Numbered from the stretch's first letter, positions 18,907 to 32,510 are shown. The stretch: DNA of 64,000 bases from Actinomycetota bacterium (GCA_017856385.1 JAFMFD010000006.1:3467-67466); one strand, 5' to 3'. The notes: a model not told the origin generated them from the letters alone. Made by a program: numbers and translations.

Positions 18907-19934
18907 GATTCGCCATGTCCTTCAGCAACATCGCGCCACGTGACGGCAGCCTCACATGGGCGCAGATGGCCCGTGACATGGTCCAGATGGCGCCCGAGAT
19001 CGAGGACCTCGGCTTCGACGGCATCCACGTCCTCGAGCATCACTTCCAGCGCGACGGGTGGAACCCGTCGCCACTGCTGTTCCTCGCGGCGCTGTCGTCC
19101 GTCACGAACCATGTCCGACTGGCCACCGACATCCTCCTCGCCACCCTCTACAACCCGGTGAAGCTCGCCGAGGACGTCGCGGTGCTGGACAACCTCAGTG
19201 GAGGCCGGGTCACGCTGGGGATCGCCCCGGGATACGTCACGGAGGAGTTCGCCGGACTCATGGTCCCGTTCGAGGGGCGCGCGCGCCGCTTCGAGGAGGT
19301 GGTCGACATCCTGCAGGCGGCCTGGACCCAGGAGACGTTCAGCTACGAGGGCGAGTTCTTCACGGTACCGCCGACGAGTCTGACCCCCAAGCCGCTGCAG
19401 GCGCCGCATCCCCCGCTCTGGTACGGAGTCTCCGGCCCCGTGATGATGCAGCGTGCTGCGCGTCGTGGTGCGGTCCTCGTGGGCTCGCCCCGGCACACGG
19501 TGCCTGAGCTCGCCGAGCACTACGCGACGTTCGAGCGGGCATGCGGCGAGGTCGGCCGCACCTCGGCGGAGCGGCCCATCGGCCGGGGCCTGTTCATCGC
19601 TCCCACCAGGGAGGAGGCGGTCGCGATCGCCGGCCCCGGGGTGACGCACCTCTTCCGCGAGCTCTACGGCCGCAAGTCCGCCGAGGGGGCCCGCGTGCTG
19701 CGCTCCGATGACGGATCCGTCGTCACGGACGCATCGACCGTCGACTTCGAGAAGTTCCAGGAGCGGTACATCATCGGAAGCCCCGATGACGCGCATCAGC
19801 GGATCGCGCAGCTGCGCGACGAGGTGGGCATGACCGAGCTTGTGGCATGGACGCAGATGCCCTTCGTGACCAAGGAGCAGACGCTGTCGTCCGCGCGGCT
19901 GCTCGCCCGTGAGGTCATGCCCGCCTTCCGCTGA
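18903..19934 (+). CDS. LLM class flavin-dependent oxidoreductase
   Basis: GFDGIHVLEHHF, LAEDVAVLDNLSGGR, PKPLQAPHPPLW; ATGA coupling with upstream gene. Confidence 0.88.
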   Translation: MRFAMSFSNIAPRDGSLTWAQMARDMVQMAPEIEDLGFDGIHVLEHHFQRDGWNPSPLLFLAALSSVTNHVRLATDILLATLYNPVKLAEDVAVLDNLSGGRVTLGIAPGYVTEEFAGLMVPFEGRARRFEEVVDILQAAWTQETFSYEGEFFTVPPTSLTPKPLQAPHPPLWYGVSGPVMMQRAARRGAVLVGSPRHTVPELAEHYATFERACGEVGRTSAERPIGRGLFIAPTREEAVAIAGPGVTHLFRELYGRKSAEGARVLRSDDGSVVTDASTVDFEKFQERYIIGSPDDAHQRIAQLRDEVGMTELVAWTQMPFVTKEQTLSSARLLAREVMPAFR

Positions 19935-19955
19935 CCGCGCTGCCCGTGCAGCCGC

Positions 19956-20504
19956 CTACACCGGCTGCAGGGGCAGCGAGGCGACGATCCGGTGCACCGG
20001 CTGCGCTCCGCCGGAGGACCGCACGAGATGCAGCTCGTCGATGTCCCACGCCGGCCCGCGGTACGCCGCGAGCGCGTGCACGAGCACGTCGGGTGACCCG
20101 GCACGCAGCCGTGCGATCGTCAGATGCGGTCGCCATGCTCGGCGGTCGGGCACCACGCCGGTCCCGCGCACTAGGGCCGGAATGGACCGGGCGACCCCGG
20201 CGAGCGTGTCGAGGGCCGGGCTGTCCTCCAGCCCGATCCACAGCACCTGCCGGCCGAACGCTCCTGCGCCGGCGAGCCGGGCCTGCGCGATCGACGGCTG
20301 CTGCTCGAGGGGAGCAAGGTGCTCGGCGACGTCCTCGTCGACGTCCTCGTCCGGGTCACCCATGAAGGCGAGCGTCACGTGCCAGCGCTCGGGCGATGTC
20401 CAGCGGATCGATCGCTCGGGAACGTGGCGTCGCACGTCGGTGAGCAGGTCGTGCAGGTGCTCGATGACGGTGAGCGGGGGAACCACCGCCACGAACAGGC
20501 TCAC
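19956..20504 (-). CDS. thpR: RNA 2',3'-cyclic phosphodiesterase (2H family)
   Basis: Two HxT motifs: WHVTLAF and PHLTIAR. Confidence 0.85.
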   Translation of the reverse strand: MSLFVAVVPPLTVIEHLHDLLTDVRRHVPERSIRWTSPERWHVTLAFMGDPDEDVDEDVAEHLAPLEQQPSIAQARLAGAGAFGRQVLWIGLEDSPALDTLAGVARSIPALVRGTGVVPDRRAWRPHLTIARLRAGSPDVLVHALAAYRGPAWDIDELHLVRSSGGAQPVHRIVASLPLQPV

Positions 20505-20513
20505 CTGCTGCTG

Positions 20514-21482
20514 CTACGCAGACGCCTCGTCGAGGTCGGCGATCTCCTCGGCGGACAGCGTGAGGGTCGCCATCGGCACCAAGTCGGCGAGCTGCTCGGG
20601 CGTGCGAGCGCTGGCCAGCGGTGCAGCGACGCCCGGGCGCGTGAGCAGCCACGCGAGCGCGACGGCGCTCACCGGGCAGTCATGCGCGGCCGCGGCACGA
20701 TCGAGGGCAGCGAGCACGCGCTCCCCGCGCTCGTCGAGATACACCACGGCGCCTTTCGCGCGCATGCTGTCGACCTCCACGCCGGGGCGGTACTTGCCGG
20801 ACAGGAAGCCCTTAGCGAGCGCGTAGTAGGGCAGGAAGGACAGCCCGAACTCCTCGACGACGGGCTGCAGGTGCTGCTCGTACTTCGTGCGCTCGACGAG
20901 GTTGTAGAGGTCCTGCACGGCGACGAAGGGGGCGAGCCCGTGCTCGCGCTGCAGGCGCAGTGCCTCTGCAAGGCGTGCGGGAGTGAAGTTCGACGCGGCG
21001 ATGTGACGCACCGTGCCGGCCTGCACCAGCTCGTCGAAGGCCTGCAGGTAGTCGAGCATCGGCACGGTCTCGTCGTCCTCGTGCGCGTAGTAGAGGTCGA
21101 TGTAGTCGGTGCCGAGACGCTCGAGCGAGTCATCCAGCGCAGCACGGATGTTGTCCGGTGCCAGTCCGGCACGCGCCGGGAGCTTCGCCACCTTGGTGGC
21201 GATGATGAGGTCCGCGCGGCGTCCGCGGTCGGCAAGCCAGGCGCCCATGATGCGCTCGGAGTCGCCGCCGGTGTTGCCGGGGATCCAGTGCGAGTAGGCG
21301 TCGGACGTGTCGATGAAGTTGCCGCCGAGTCCGACGTAGGCGTCCATCAGCGCGAAGGACTCGTGGTGATCGGCCGTCCAGCCGAAGACATTGCCGCCGA
21401 AGCACAGCGGGGAGACTGTCAGGTCGGTTGCGGCGAGGCGGCGCGTGGGTGCGAGGGGCAGGGCATCGGTGGCGGTCGGCAT
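20514..21482 (-). CDS. Aldo/keto reductase
   Basis: GGNVFGW, IDTSDAY, IATK, DLYYAH; probable leaderless start at 21482. Confidence 0.9.
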   Translation of the reverse strand: MPTATDALPLAPTRRLAATDLTVSPLCFGGNVFGWTADHHESFALMDAYVGLGGNFIDTSDAYSHWIPGNTGGDSERIMGAWLADRGRRADLIIATKVAKLPARAGLAPDNIRAALDDSLERLGTDYIDLYYAHEDDETVPMLDYLQAFDELVQAGTVRHIAASNFTPARLAEALRLQREHGLAPFVAVQDLYNLVERTKYEQHLQPVVEEFGLSFLPYYALAKGFLSGKYRPGVEVDSMRAKGAVVYLDERGERVLAALDRAAAAHDCPVSAVALAWLLTRPGVAAPLASARTPEQLADLVPMATLTLSAEEIADLDEASA

Positions 21483-21516
21483 GGACGCCATTGTGCACCT
21501 GTCTAGACGAGTCGCG

Positions 21517-23654
<2,138 letters not shown>

Positions 23655-23667
23655 GCCGGTGACGGCC

Positions 23668-23901
23668 ATGCCGGAGTCCAATCAACGGGTGTCGAGTTTC
23701 TGGGTGTCGGGCATGACGTGCGACCACTGCGTGGCGGCGGTCACGGAAGAGGTCAGTGCCCTTCCCGGCGTCGAGTCGGTCAGCGTCGACCTTCGCCCCG
23801 GCGCCGAGTCCGTCGTCACTGTCGTGAGTGATGTTGACCTGGCGATCGACGACGTGCGCGCGGCGCTCGACGAGGCCGGGTACGAGCTCGTGGAGACCTG
23901 A
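23668..23901 (+). CDS. copZ: Heavy-metal chaperone (HMA)
   Basis: GMTCDHC; ends ALDEAGY. Confidence 0.88.
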   Translation: MPESNQRVSSFWVSGMTCDHCVAAVTEEVSALPGVESVSVDLRPGAESVVTVVSDVDLAIDDVRAALDEAGYELVET

Positions 23902-26150
23902 TGTCCGAGGTGGACCTGGCGATCACGGGCATGACGTGCTCGTCGTGCGCGATGCGCATCGAGAAGAAGCTGAACCGCATGCCCGGCGTGCAGGCCACCG
24001 TGAACTTCGCGACCGAGAAGGCTCACGTCGTGCTGCCCGACGGCACGAGCGTCGGCGACGCGATCGCCGTGGTCGAGGCGACGGGCTACCACGCGGAGGC
24101 ACCCGTGGTCGACAGCGCGCCAGCGCTGGAGGGTGACGCCGACGGCGCACCGGCCGACCCGGAGGTGGCCGGCCTGCGCCAGCGCCTGATCGTGAGCACG
24201 GTGCTGGCGGTGCCCGTCGTCCTGATGGCCATGGTGCCGATGCTGCAGTTCACCTACTGGCAGTGGGCCAGCCTGACGCTGGCGGCCCCGGTGGTCGTCT
24301 GGGGCGCATGGCCGTTCCACCGGGCTGCCTGGCTGAATGCGCGCCACCGCGCGGTGACGATGGACACGCTCGTGTCGATCGGCGTGCTCGCCGCATTCCT
24401 GTGGTCCCTGTATGCGCTGTTCCTCGGCGGGGCCGGGGAGCCCGGCATGACGATGTCGTTCACGCTGCTCCCGCACGGCGCCGGGAGCACGCCGGAGATC
24501 TACCTCGAGGTGGCAGCGGCGGTCACCGTCTTCCTGCTGCTCGGCCGCTACCTCGAACTGCGCGCCAAGCGCTCCGCTAGTGCGGCGCTGCGGCAGCTTG
24601 CGCAGCTGAGTGCACGGGATGCCGCCGTCCTGCGCGACGGCGTCGAGGTCCGGGTGCCCGTGGAGTCGCTGCAGGTCGGTGACCTGTTCGTCGTCCGGCC
24701 GGGGGAGAAGATCGCGACCGACGGACGCGTCGTGGAGGGTGCCTCGGCCGTCGACGCGAGCCTGGTGACCGGCGAGCCGGTGCCGGTCGACGTGGGCCCG
24801 GGTGACCTCGTCGTCGGCGCGACCCTGAACGCATCCGGACGCCTCGTGGTCGAGGCGACGCGCGTCGGCGCGGACACGACCCTCGCGCGGATCACGCAGC
24901 TCGTCGAGCAGGCGCAGGCGGGCAAGGCGCCGGTGCAGAGGCTCGCTGATCGGGTGTCGACCGTGTTCGTGCCGATCGTCCTCGCGCTCGCGCTGCTCAC
25001 GCTGGTGGGCTGGATCGCCATCACCGGCGACGTGCAGATGGCGTTCACCGCGGCCGTGGCGGTGCTGATCATCGCCTGCCCCTGCGCGCTGGGCCTGGCG
25101 ACGCCGACTGCCCTCCTCGTCGGTACCGGCCGGGGCGCGCAGCTGGGCATCCTCATCAAGGGCCCGCAGGTGCTGGAGTCCACGCGCCTGGCCGACACCA
25201 TCGTGCTCGACAAGACCGGCACGGTCACGACGGGACGCATGACACTCGTCGACGTCGTGACCGACGGGTGGGATCGCAGCGAGGTCCTGCGCCTGGCCGG
25301 GGCGCTGGAGGCCGCGTCCGAGCATCCTGTCGCGCGGGCGATCGCGCAGGCTGCGGTGACGGAGGAAGGCGTGCTGCCATCGGTCGAGTCCTTCACCTCC
25401 CGCCAGGGCCGCGGGGTCACGGGGGTGGTCGAGGGCCACGCCGTCGTCGCCGGGCGGCCGGCGTGGGTCGAGCAGGAGTGGTCGGTCCGGGTGCCGGACC
25501 TGCTCGCGCAGGCGCGCGCCCGCGCGGAGGCGGAGGGCGGCACCGTCATCGTCGTGGCCGTCGACGGGCAGGCTGCAGCGGTGCTGGTGGTGTCCGACGT
25601 CGTCAAGCCCGACAGCGCTCAGGCCATCGCGCACCTGCGTGCGCTCGGGCTGCGCCCGGTCCTTCTCACGGGCGACCACGCGGCCGCTGCTGAGGCCGTC
25701 GCGCGCGCTGCGGGCATCGACGAGGTCATCGCCGACGTTCTGCCCGAGGGCAAGGTCGACGTCGTGCGCGAGCTGCAGGAGCAGGGGCGCACGGTCGCGA
25801 TGGTGGGCGACGGCGTGAACGACGCCGCGGCGCTGGCCCAGGCCGACCTCGGCATGGCGATGGGCACCGGGACGGACGTCGCGATCGAGGCCGCCGACAT
25901 CACCCTCGTCCGCGGCACGCTGCTGGCAGTGGTGGACGCGATCCGGCTGTCACGCCGCACCCTTGCCATCATCAAGGGCAACCTGTTCTGGGCATTCGCC
26001 TACAACGTCGCCGCGATCCCGCTGGCCATGGCCGGGCTGCTGAGTCCGCTCATCGCGGGGGCGGCCATGGCCTTCTCCTCCGTGTTCGTCGTGACCAACA
26101 GCCTGCGTCTCCGGCGGTTCCGCGCAATCGACGCCGGCACTCCTGCATGA
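23901..26150 (+). CDS. copA: Cu(I)-type P1B ATPase
   Basis: GMTCSSC, TGEP, CPC, DKTGT, SEHP, GDGVND, YN and MAFSS TM signature. Confidence 0.93.
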   Translation: MSEVDLAITGMTCSSCAMRIEKKLNRMPGVQATVNFATEKAHVVLPDGTSVGDAIAVVEATGYHAEAPVVDSAPALEGDADGAPADPEVAGLRQRLIVSTVLAVPVVLMAMVPMLQFTYWQWASLTLAAPVVVWGAWPFHRAAWLNARHRAVTMDTLVSIGVLAAFLWSLYALFLGGAGEPGMTMSFTLLPHGAGSTPEIYLEVAAAVTVFLLLGRYLELRAKRSASAALRQLAQLSARDAAVLRDGVEVRVPVESLQVGDLFVVRPGEKIATDGRVVEGASAVDASLVTGEPVPVDVGPGDLVVGATLNASGRLVVEATRVGADTTLARITQLVEQAQAGKAPVQRLADRVSTVFVPIVLALALLTLVGWIAITGDVQMAFTAAVAVLIIACPCALGLATPTALLVGTGRGAQLGILIKGPQVLESTRLADTIVLDKTGTVTTGRMTLVDVVTDGWDRSEVLRLAGALEAASEHPVARAIAQAAVTEEGVLPSVESFTSRQGRGVTGVVEGHAVVAGRPAWVEQEWSVRVPDLLAQARARAEAEGGTVIVVAVDGQAAAVLVVSDVVKPDSAQAIAHLRALGLRPVLLTGDHAAAAEAVARAAGIDEVIADVLPEGKVDVVRELQEQGRTVAMVGDGVNDAAALAQADLGMAMGTGTDVAIEAADITLVRGTLLAVVDAIRLSRRTLAIIKGNLFWAFAYNVAAIPLAMAGLLSPLIAGAAMAFSSVFVVTNSLRLRRFRAIDAGTPA

Positions 26151-26157
26151 TCGGGGC

Positions 26158-27321
26158 GTGAGCCCCTTCGACGTCGATGCGATCACCCTCGCCGGCCTGC
26201 GCGAGCGGCAGAGCGCCAAGTACCGGGCGTACCCGGCCGACGTCATCCCGGCGTGGGTCGCCGAGATGGACTTCCCGCTCGCCCGGCCGATCGCCCGAGC
26301 CCTGCACGACGCGATCGACCGGTCCGATACCGGGTACCAGTCGGGCGAAGGGCTTCGCGAGGCGACCGTCGACTTCTGCGAGGAGGAGTGGGGCTGGACC
26401 GTCCCGGGTGCGCGCATCACCGGTGTGCCGGACGTCCTGACGGGGGTCGACTGGGGGATCCGCCTGCTCACCTCGCGGGGTGACGGGGTCGTCGTGACGA
26501 CACCCGTCTACCCCCCGTTCTTCAGCACGATCTCCGACGTCGCCGAGCGCGTCATCGTCGACGTGCCCATGGCTCGAACGCCCGCGGGCGGATACGCCCT
26601 CGATCTCGCCGGGCTTGCGGAGGCTTTCGCACGGCCGGAGGTCACCGGGTTCGTGCTCTGCAGTCCGCACAACCCGTCTGGCACTGTGCCCACGCGCGAT
26701 GAGCTCTCGACGGTCGCGGCGCTCGCGGCGGAGCACGGGGTCGCCGTGATCGCCGACGAGATCCACGCCCCGCTGACCCTCGCGGGCACCGAGCACGTGC
26801 CCTACCTCAGCGTCGCGGGGGACGATGCCAACGCCCTCGCCGTGGTGTCGGCGTCCAAGACATGGAACCTGCCCGGGCTGAAGTGCGCGCAGCTGGTCAG
26901 CACGGCCCGAACCAGGCCCGTCGTGCACGACCGACTGCCGAAGGAGGTGGTCTACGGCACGGGCCACCTCGGGGTCATCGCCACCGTGGCCGCCTACCGG
27001 CAGGGCGGGGCGTGGCGCGCCCAGGTGCTGGGGATCCTCGACGGCAACCGGCGCCTGGTCGCCGAGCTGCTGGCCGAGCACCTGCCACGTGCGCGCTACC
27101 TGCCCCCGCAGGCGTCCTACCTCGCATGGATCGACCTGACGGAGTACGGCCTCGGCGAGGATCCCTCGGTGGTGCTGCTGGAGCGTGCACGCGTGGCGCT
27201 CAACGCGGGGCCGACCTTCGGCACCGGCGGCGCGGGCCATGTGCGCCTGAACATGGGCACGTCACCCGCCGTTCTCACCGAGATCATCGGGCGCATGGGC
27301 GCGGGTGTCGGGGCTTCGTAG
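26158..27321 (+). CDS. MalY/PatB family PLP enzyme (cystathionine beta-lyase / C-S lyase)
   Basis: WVAEMDF, LCSPHNP, IADEIH, SASKTWNLPGL. Confidence 0.88.
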   Translation: MSPFDVDAITLAGLRERQSAKYRAYPADVIPAWVAEMDFPLARPIARALHDAIDRSDTGYQSGEGLREATVDFCEEEWGWTVPGARITGVPDVLTGVDWGIRLLTSRGDGVVVTTPVYPPFFSTISDVAERVIVDVPMARTPAGGYALDLAGLAEAFARPEVTGFVLCSPHNPSGTVPTRDELSTVAALAAEHGVAVIADEIHAPLTLAGTEHVPYLSVAGDDANALAVVSASKTWNLPGLKCAQLVSTARTRPVVHDRLPKEVVYGTGHLGVIATVAAYRQGGAWRAQVLGILDGNRRLVAELLAEHLPRARYLPPQASYLAWIDLTEYGLGEDPSVVLLERARVALNAGPTFGTGGAGHVRLNMGTSPAVLTEIIGRMGAGVGAS

Positions 27322-27343
27322 TCGATCGTGCTGCAATGGTGCA

Positions 27344-27934
27344 GTGCCAGCACGCATCCATGCGCGGACCCTCGTCCTCGTCGTCACCTCGGTCGTCGTC
27401 GCCGTGATGGCCACACTCCTCGGCACGATCCCTGCGCAGGCGCAGCCCCGCCCCGGAGTGCCGATGGCACCGTCGACGTCGGGGTATGCGATCGGGGACT
27501 CGGTGATGCTCGGTGCGCGGTCGCAGCTGCGCAAGCGCGGCTTCGTCGTCAACGCTGCGGTGAGCCGACAGTCCTACTCCGGGCCTGCGATGGTGCGCAA
27601 GCGCGCACTGAGCCTGCCGCGCGCACTCGTGGTGCACCTCGGCACCAATGGGACCTTCCCGCTGGACACGTGCCGCCGCATCGTGACGAATGCCGGCATC
27701 ACGCGGAAGGTCTACCTCGTCACGGTGGCGGTGCCGCGCTCCTGGGAGAGGTCGAACAACCGGGTGATCCGCCGCTGCGCGGCATCCTTCCCGGCCGGTC
27801 GCGTGACCGTCGTGGACTGGAAGGGATTGGTCTCGCGGCACCGCGCGTGGCTGACCTCGGACGGCTTCCACCTGCGCCCGGACGGGGCCGTGGGCTACGC
27901 CCGGCTGATCGCCCGTACGGTCGCCGGGGGCTGA
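27344..27934 (+). CDS. Secreted SGNH-fold protein (OatA C-domain-like), basic
   Basis: Signal peptide; IGDSV, HLGTNG, DGFHL; start approximate. Confidence 0.75.
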   Translation: MPARIHARTLVLVVTSVVVAVMATLLGTIPAQAQPRPGVPMAPSTSGYAIGDSVMLGARSQLRKRGFVVNAAVSRQSYSGPAMVRKRALSLPRALVVHLGTNGTFPLDTCRRIVTNAGITRKVYLVTVAVPRSWERSNNRVIRRCAASFPAGRVTVVDWKGLVSRHRAWLTSDGFHLRPDGAVGYARLIARTVAGG

Positions 27935-27959
27935 TCCCGGGCGTCCGTGGGGGCCTGCA

Positions 27960-28008
27960 TGTGCACCGGGTCACAGAAGGGCCAACAAGGCCTGTGCCCT
28001 TGGTCACA
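27960..28008. promoter_or_regulatory. Two tandem CRP/GlxR-like boxes upstream of pckG
   Basis: TGTGC-accggg-TCACA (27960-27975) and TGTGC-ccttgg-TCACA (27993-28008). Confidence 0.6.
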
Positions 28009-28120
28009 GACAAGCGCTTTCATGCCCCTTCTGGCTCGTCGGGTGCGCTCCGCGGGTGCATGCTTTCCTTCACACCCGCGACCACCAGGGCCGCGGCGGT
28101 CGATCGCAACGGAGCGGTTC

Positions 28121-29947
28121 ATGACTATCCCCGGCCTGGAGAACGCCCCCACCAAGAACAAGCAGCTGCTCGAGTGGGTCGAGGAGATCGCGGCCCTGAC
28201 CAAGCCCGACCGCGTCGTGTGGGCCGACGGCTCCGACGAGGAGTGGCAGCGCCTCACCTCTGAGATGGTTGACGCTGGCACCTTCATCCGACTCAACCCG
28301 GAGATCCGTCCCAACTCCTTCCTCGCGCGCTCGGACCCCAGTGACGTCGCCCGCGTCGAGGACCGCACCTTCATCTGCTCGCAGCGCGAGGTCGACGCCG
28401 GCCCCACCAACAACTGGGCCGAGCCCGCGGAGATGCGCACCACGCTGAAGGGTCTGTTCGACGGCAGCATGCGCGGGCGCACGATGTACGTCATCCCGTT
28501 CTCGATGGGGCCGCTGGGCTCGCGCATCTCGCAGCTCGGTGTCGAGATCTCCGACTCGCCCTACGTCGTGGTGAACATGCGGATCATGACGCGCATGGGC
28601 CAGGCCGCTCTCGACGAGATCGGCGAGTTCGGCGAGTTCGTCCCCGCGGTCCACACCGTGGGCTACCCGCTGGTCGACGCCGACGGCAACCGTCGTGACG
28701 ACGTCGTGTGGCCGTGCAACGAGACCAAGTACATCGTCCACTACCCCGAGACCCGCGAGATCTGGAGCTTCGGCTCCGGCTACGGCGGCAATGCGCTCTT
28801 GGGCAAGAAGTGCTTCGCGCTGCGCATCGCGTCGGCCATGGCCCGCGACGAGGGCTGGATGGCCGAGCACATGCTGATCCTCAAGCTGACCTCGCCGGCG
28901 GGCAAGGACCACTACATCACCGCGGCCTTCCCCTCGGCCTGCGGCAAGACCAACCTGGCCATGCTCGAGCCGACCATCCCCGGCTGGAAGGTCGAGACCG
29001 TCGGCGACGACATCGCCTGGATGCGGTTCGGCGAGGACGGCCGCCTCTACGCCATCAACCCGGAGGCCGGCTTCTTCGGGGTGGCCCCGGGCACGGGCAT
29101 GGAGACCAATGCCAACGCCGTCAAGACCCTCTACGCCAACTGCATCTACACGAACGTCGCACTGACCGACGACGGCGACGTGTGGTGGGAGGGCCTGACA
29201 CCGGAGACGCCCGCCCACCTGATCGACTGGAAGGGCAATGACTGGACTCCGGAGTCCAGCGACCCGTCCAGCCATCCGAACGCGCGCTTCACGGCTCCCG
29301 CCGGGCAGTGCCCGTCGATCGCCCCGAACTGGGAGGACCCCGCGGGCGTGCCGATTGAGGCGATCCTCTTCGGCGGCCGTCGCGCCACCAACGTGCCGCT
29401 GGTCACCGAGTCGTTCGACTGGGAGCACGGCGTCTTCATGGGCGCGACGGTGTCCAGTGAGATGACGGCTGCGGCCGTCGGCGGCGTCGGCCAGCTGCGT
29501 CGCGATCCGTTCGCGATGCTTCCCTTCTGCGGCTACAACATGGCCGACTACTGGGGCCACTGGCTGAAGATCGGCACGTTCACCGACGAGTCGAACCTGC
29601 CGCGCATCTACGCGGTCAACTGGTTCCGCAAGGACGCCAACGGCAAGTTCCTGTGGCCGGGCTTCGGCGACAACGCGCGCGTGCTCGACTGGGTCATCCG
29701 TCGGCTTGAGGGCGACGCGGAGGCCGTCGACACCCCCATCGGCCGCATCCCGGCCGAGGGCGAGCTGCCGCTCGACGGCGTCAAGGTGACCGAGGAGCAG
29801 ATGGCCGAGCTGTTCGCCATCGACCCGGCCACCTGGCTGGCCGAGGCGGATCTCACCGAGGAGTACTTCGACAAGTTCGGAGACCGCGTGCCCCCGCAGC
29901 TGCGCGAGCAGCTCGCGGGCCTGCGCGAGCGCCTCGCCAGCGCCTGA
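28121..29947 (+). CDS. pckG: Phosphoenolpyruvate carboxykinase (GTP)
   Basis: [45 protein letters not shown]; GGAG RBS. Confidence 0.97.
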   Translation: MTIPGLENAPTKNKQLLEWVEEIAALTKPDRVVWADGSDEEWQRLTSEMVDAGTFIRLNPEIRPNSFLARSDPSDVARVEDRTFICSQREVDAGPTNNWAEPAEMRTTLKGLFDGSMRGRTMYVIPFSMGPLGSRISQLGVEISDSPYVVVNMRIMTRMGQAALDEIGEFGEFVPAVHTVGYPLVDADGNRRDDVVWPCNETKYIVHYPETREIWSFGSGYGGNALLGKKCFALRIASAMARDEGWMAEHMLILKLTSPAGKDHYITAAFPSACGKTNLAMLEPTIPGWKVETVGDDIAWMRFGEDGRLYAINPEAGFFGVAPGTGMETNANAVKTLYANCIYTNVALTDDGDVWWEGLTPETPAHLIDWKGNDWTPESSDPSSHPNARFTAPAGQCPSIAPNWEDPAGVPIEAILFGGRRATNVPLVTESFDWEHGVFMGATVSSEMTAAAVGGVGQLRRDPFAMLPFCGYNMADYWGHWLKIGTFTDESNLPRIYAVNWFRKDANGKFLWPGFGDNARVLDWVIRRLEGDAEAVDTPIGRIPAEGELPLDGVKVTEEQMAELFAIDPATWLAEADLTEEYFDKFGDRVPPQLREQLAGLRERLASA

Positions 29948-29960
29948 CCCCACGCCTTGC

Positions 29961-29995
29961 GACGGCGTCGCCCCCTCACCGGGGGCTGCGCCGTC
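29961..29995 (+). terminator. Hairpin after pckG
   Basis: gacggcg.gccccc / gggggc.cgccgtc. Confidence 0.55.
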
Positions 29996-29998
29996 AGC

Positions 29999-30415
29999 AT
30001 GCTGCTGGACGTTCTGACCACCAAGACTCCCCGCGCGGGGCTGCTGCGCGACGCCGCGTTCTATGTGGGCGGCACCGCGAAGTTCAGCGATGCGGGCAGG
30101 GACAAGCTCCGTGCCATGGTGTCCGCGATCCCCGAGGGCGCGACCGATGTCGCGGTGACCGTCGTGGGCGTCTCGACCGCCATGGGCACGCCCGAGGAGA
30201 ATCTCGAGCTGGCGCGGGATCGCGCCCAGCGCATCGTGGACTACCTGAAGGATGCCGGTGTGACCGGCACGTACACGGTGTCGGTCTCGACCACGTTCGA
30301 CGTGCGCGCAGGCGACAAGGCCCTGGACTCGGTGGCGATGGACCAGCCGCTTGAGTCCAGCGCAGGCAAGCCGCTGACCTCGGTGGCGATCTCCTTCACC
30401 GAGCCCGGGCCTTGA
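29999..30415 (+). CDS. Stand-alone OmpA-like C-terminal domain, no signal peptide (possible remnant)
   Basis: VTVVG..NLELARDRAQRIVDYLKDAGV. Confidence 0.5.
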   Translation: MLLDVLTTKTPRAGLLRDAAFYVGGTAKFSDAGRDKLRAMVSAIPEGATDVAVTVVGVSTAMGTPEENLELARDRAQRIVDYLKDAGVTGTYTVSVSTTFDVRAGDKALDSVAMDQPLESSAGKPLTSVAISFTEPGP

Positions 30416-30442
30416 TCGGACAGTTCCACTACGGCGCTGGTG

Positions 30443-30610
30443 TCAGCCAGCGTCCTCCGCTGCGAGCCGCTGAATACGCTCCTCGCGCATCTGGTGGATG
30501 AAGTCGTTTAGCTCGTCTCCCGTCAGGCCTATGCCCTCAGTCGTAATAACGGGATAGCGGATCCCACCGTGGTCCGCCCACTCGACATCGTCATCCGCGA
30601 CAGCAGCCAT
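30443..30610 (-). CDS. Small acidic hypothetical protein (possible orphan antitoxin fragment)
   Basis: 55-aa ORF, less GC-rich codons; GGIRYPVI..LTGDELNDFIHQMREE. Confidence 0.35.
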   Translation of the reverse strand: MAAVADDDVEWADHGGIRYPVITTEGIGLTGDELNDFIHQMREERIQRLAAEDAG

Positions 30611-30647
30611 TGCAGCAGAATGCCATGAGCGCCGCATGAGCGTGGCG

Positions 30648-31643
30648 TCAGGTCAGCGTCGCGACCAGCACGGCCTTGATCGTGTGCATGCGGTTCTCGG
30701 CCTGGTCAAACACGATGCTCGCGGGGGAGTCGAACACCTCGCTGGTCACCTCGACGCCGTCGACGAGTCCGAAGTCGCGGGCGACCTGCTCGCCGACACC
30801 GGTCTCCTGGTCGTGGTACGCCGGCAGGCAGTGCATGAACTTCGCGTCGGGGTCGCCGGTCAGCGCCATCATCGCCGCGTCCACGCGGTAGGGCGTCAGC
30901 AGTGCGACGCGCTCGGCCCACACCTCCTTGGGCTCGCCCATCGACACCCAGACGTCGGTGTGCACGAACTCCGCACCCGGGATGCCGACAGCCGGATCCT
31001 CGGTCATCGTGATGCGCGCACCTGTCCGCTCGGCCCAGTCGCGGGCGAGCTGCTGCACGTCGGCGGACGGCCAAAGCTGTTGCGGCGCAACGATTCTCAC
31101 GTCAGCGCCCATCATGGCGCCCATGACGAGCAGGGAGTTGCCCATGTTGCTGCGTGCGTCGCCGATGTAGGCGAAGCGCAGCGGAGCGGAGGGGTCGGCG
31201 GCGTGCTCGCGCATCGTCAGGAAGTCGGCCAGCATCTGGGTGGGGTGCCACTCGTCGCTCAGGCCGTTGTAGACCGGCACGTCGGCGTACTCGGCGAGCC
31301 GCTCGACCTTCGTGTGCGCGGACCCGCGGTACTCGATGGCGTCGTAGATGCGGGAGAGGACGCGCGCGGTGTCGGGGATGGACTCCTTGTGTCCCACCTG
31401 GGTCGCGGACGGGTCGAGCACCGTGACGTGGCCGCCCTGGTCGCGCATCGCGACCTCGAAGGAGATACGGGTGCGGGTGGACGTCTTCTCGAAGATGAGG
31501 GCGAGTTGCTTGCCGGTCAGGCGCGGCACCTCGGTGCCCGCGGCACGTTGGGCCTTCAGCTCCGCGGAGAGCCGCAGCAGCCCGTCGAGCTCTGCTGGCG
31601 TGAAGTCCGCTTCCCGCAGGAAGTCCCGTCCGGTGAGGTCCAC
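30648..31643 (-). CDS. argF: Ornithine carbamoyltransferase
   Basis: [30 protein letters not shown]; GTG start after TAGCCT. Confidence 0.95.
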   Translation of the reverse strand: MDLTGRDFLREADFTPAELDGLLRLSAELKAQRAAGTEVPRLTGKQLALIFEKTSTRTRISFEVAMRDQGGHVTVLDPSATQVGHKESIPDTARVLSRIYDAIEYRGSAHTKVERLAEYADVPVYNGLSDEWHPTQMLADFLTMREHAADPSAPLRFAYIGDARSNMGNSLLVMGAMMGADVRIVAPQQLWPSADVQQLARDWAERTGARITMTEDPAVGIPGAEFVHTDVWVSMGEPKEVWAERVALLTPYRVDAAMMALTGDPDAKFMHCLPAYHDQETGVGEQVARDFGLVDGVEVTSEVFDSPASIVFDQAENRMHTIKAVLVATLT

Positions 31644-31653
31644 CGGCCGAAGG

Positions 31654-32025
31654 CTACGCGATGCCCAGTGCCCGCGGCGAAATCGCCTCCGCCAGGTCGT
31701 CGCCGGCGGCCCGTAGGCCCTCACCGCGCCCGCGCGGGTAGTGCCGGGAGTCCAGCCGGGCGTAGATCACCTCGCGGTCGTCCTCGGACATCCCGCCCCA
31801 GACTCCGTAGGGCTCGCGGGAGCGGATCGCGTAGTCCGCGCACTCCATGCGGACCGGGCACCCCGCGCAGACCCGCTTGGCCTCGCGGTCACGCCGCAGG
31901 CGTGAGGAGCCGCGCTCGTTCTGGGGGTGGAAGAACAGCAGGGGGTCGGCCTCACGGCACGCGGCATCCTCCTGCCAGAACCAGTGGGTATCGATGGGCA
32001 CCTGGGCGAGCGGCTGCTGTGGCAT
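31654..32025 (-). CDS. whiB3: WhiB-family Fe-S regulator (WhiB3/WhiD-like)
   Basis: [32 protein letters not shown]. Confidence 0.85.
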   Translation of the reverse strand: MPQQPLAQVPIDTHWFWQEDAACREADPLLFFHPQNERGSSRLRRDREAKRVCAGCPVRMECADYAIRSREPYGVWGGMSEDDREVIYARLDSRHYPRGRGEGLRAAGDDLAEAISPRALGIA

Positions 32026-32138
32026 GTCGTCCTCCGTTGTCGACTTCCTCCACGCTAGGTCGCCGTCGACCGCGGCACCAAGGTCAAAGGTCCCGACTTT
32101 GCAGGCCGAGGGGCAGGGCCGAGCGCCGCGCCGGTCGG

Positions 32139-32510
32139 CTAGGGCTGGGGTGGCTGCTGCGCGGCGACCTGCGCGCGGACCTCGTCCATGTTCACGTCGC
32201 GGGCAGCCTGGACGAGGTTGACCAGGGCCTTCTCGGGGAGCGCCCCGGCCTGGGAGAACAGCACGATCCCCTCACGCACCACCATGAGCGTGGGGATGGA
32301 GGAGATGGAGAAGGCGCCGGCGAGGCCGGGCTCGGCCTCGGTGTCGACCTTGCCGAAGACGATGTCGGGGTTGGCGTCGGAGACCTTCTCGAAGACGGGG
32401 GCGAAGCTCCGGCAGGGCCCGCACCACGCCGCCCAGAAGTCCAGCAGGACGATGTCGTTGCCGGAGATGGTCTCGGAGAAGGTGTCCTCGGTGAGGGTCG
32501 TCGTCGCCAT
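32139..32510 (-). CDS. trxA: Thioredoxin
   Basis: DFWAAWCGPC, SIPTL; leaderless after TAGACT. Confidence 0.92.
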   Translation of the reverse strand: MATTTLTEDTFSETISGNDIVLLDFWAAWCGPCRSFAPVFEKVSDANPDIVFGKVDTEAEPGLAGAFSISSIPTLMVVREGIVLFSQAGALPEKALVNLVQAARDVNMDEVRAQVAAQQPPQP

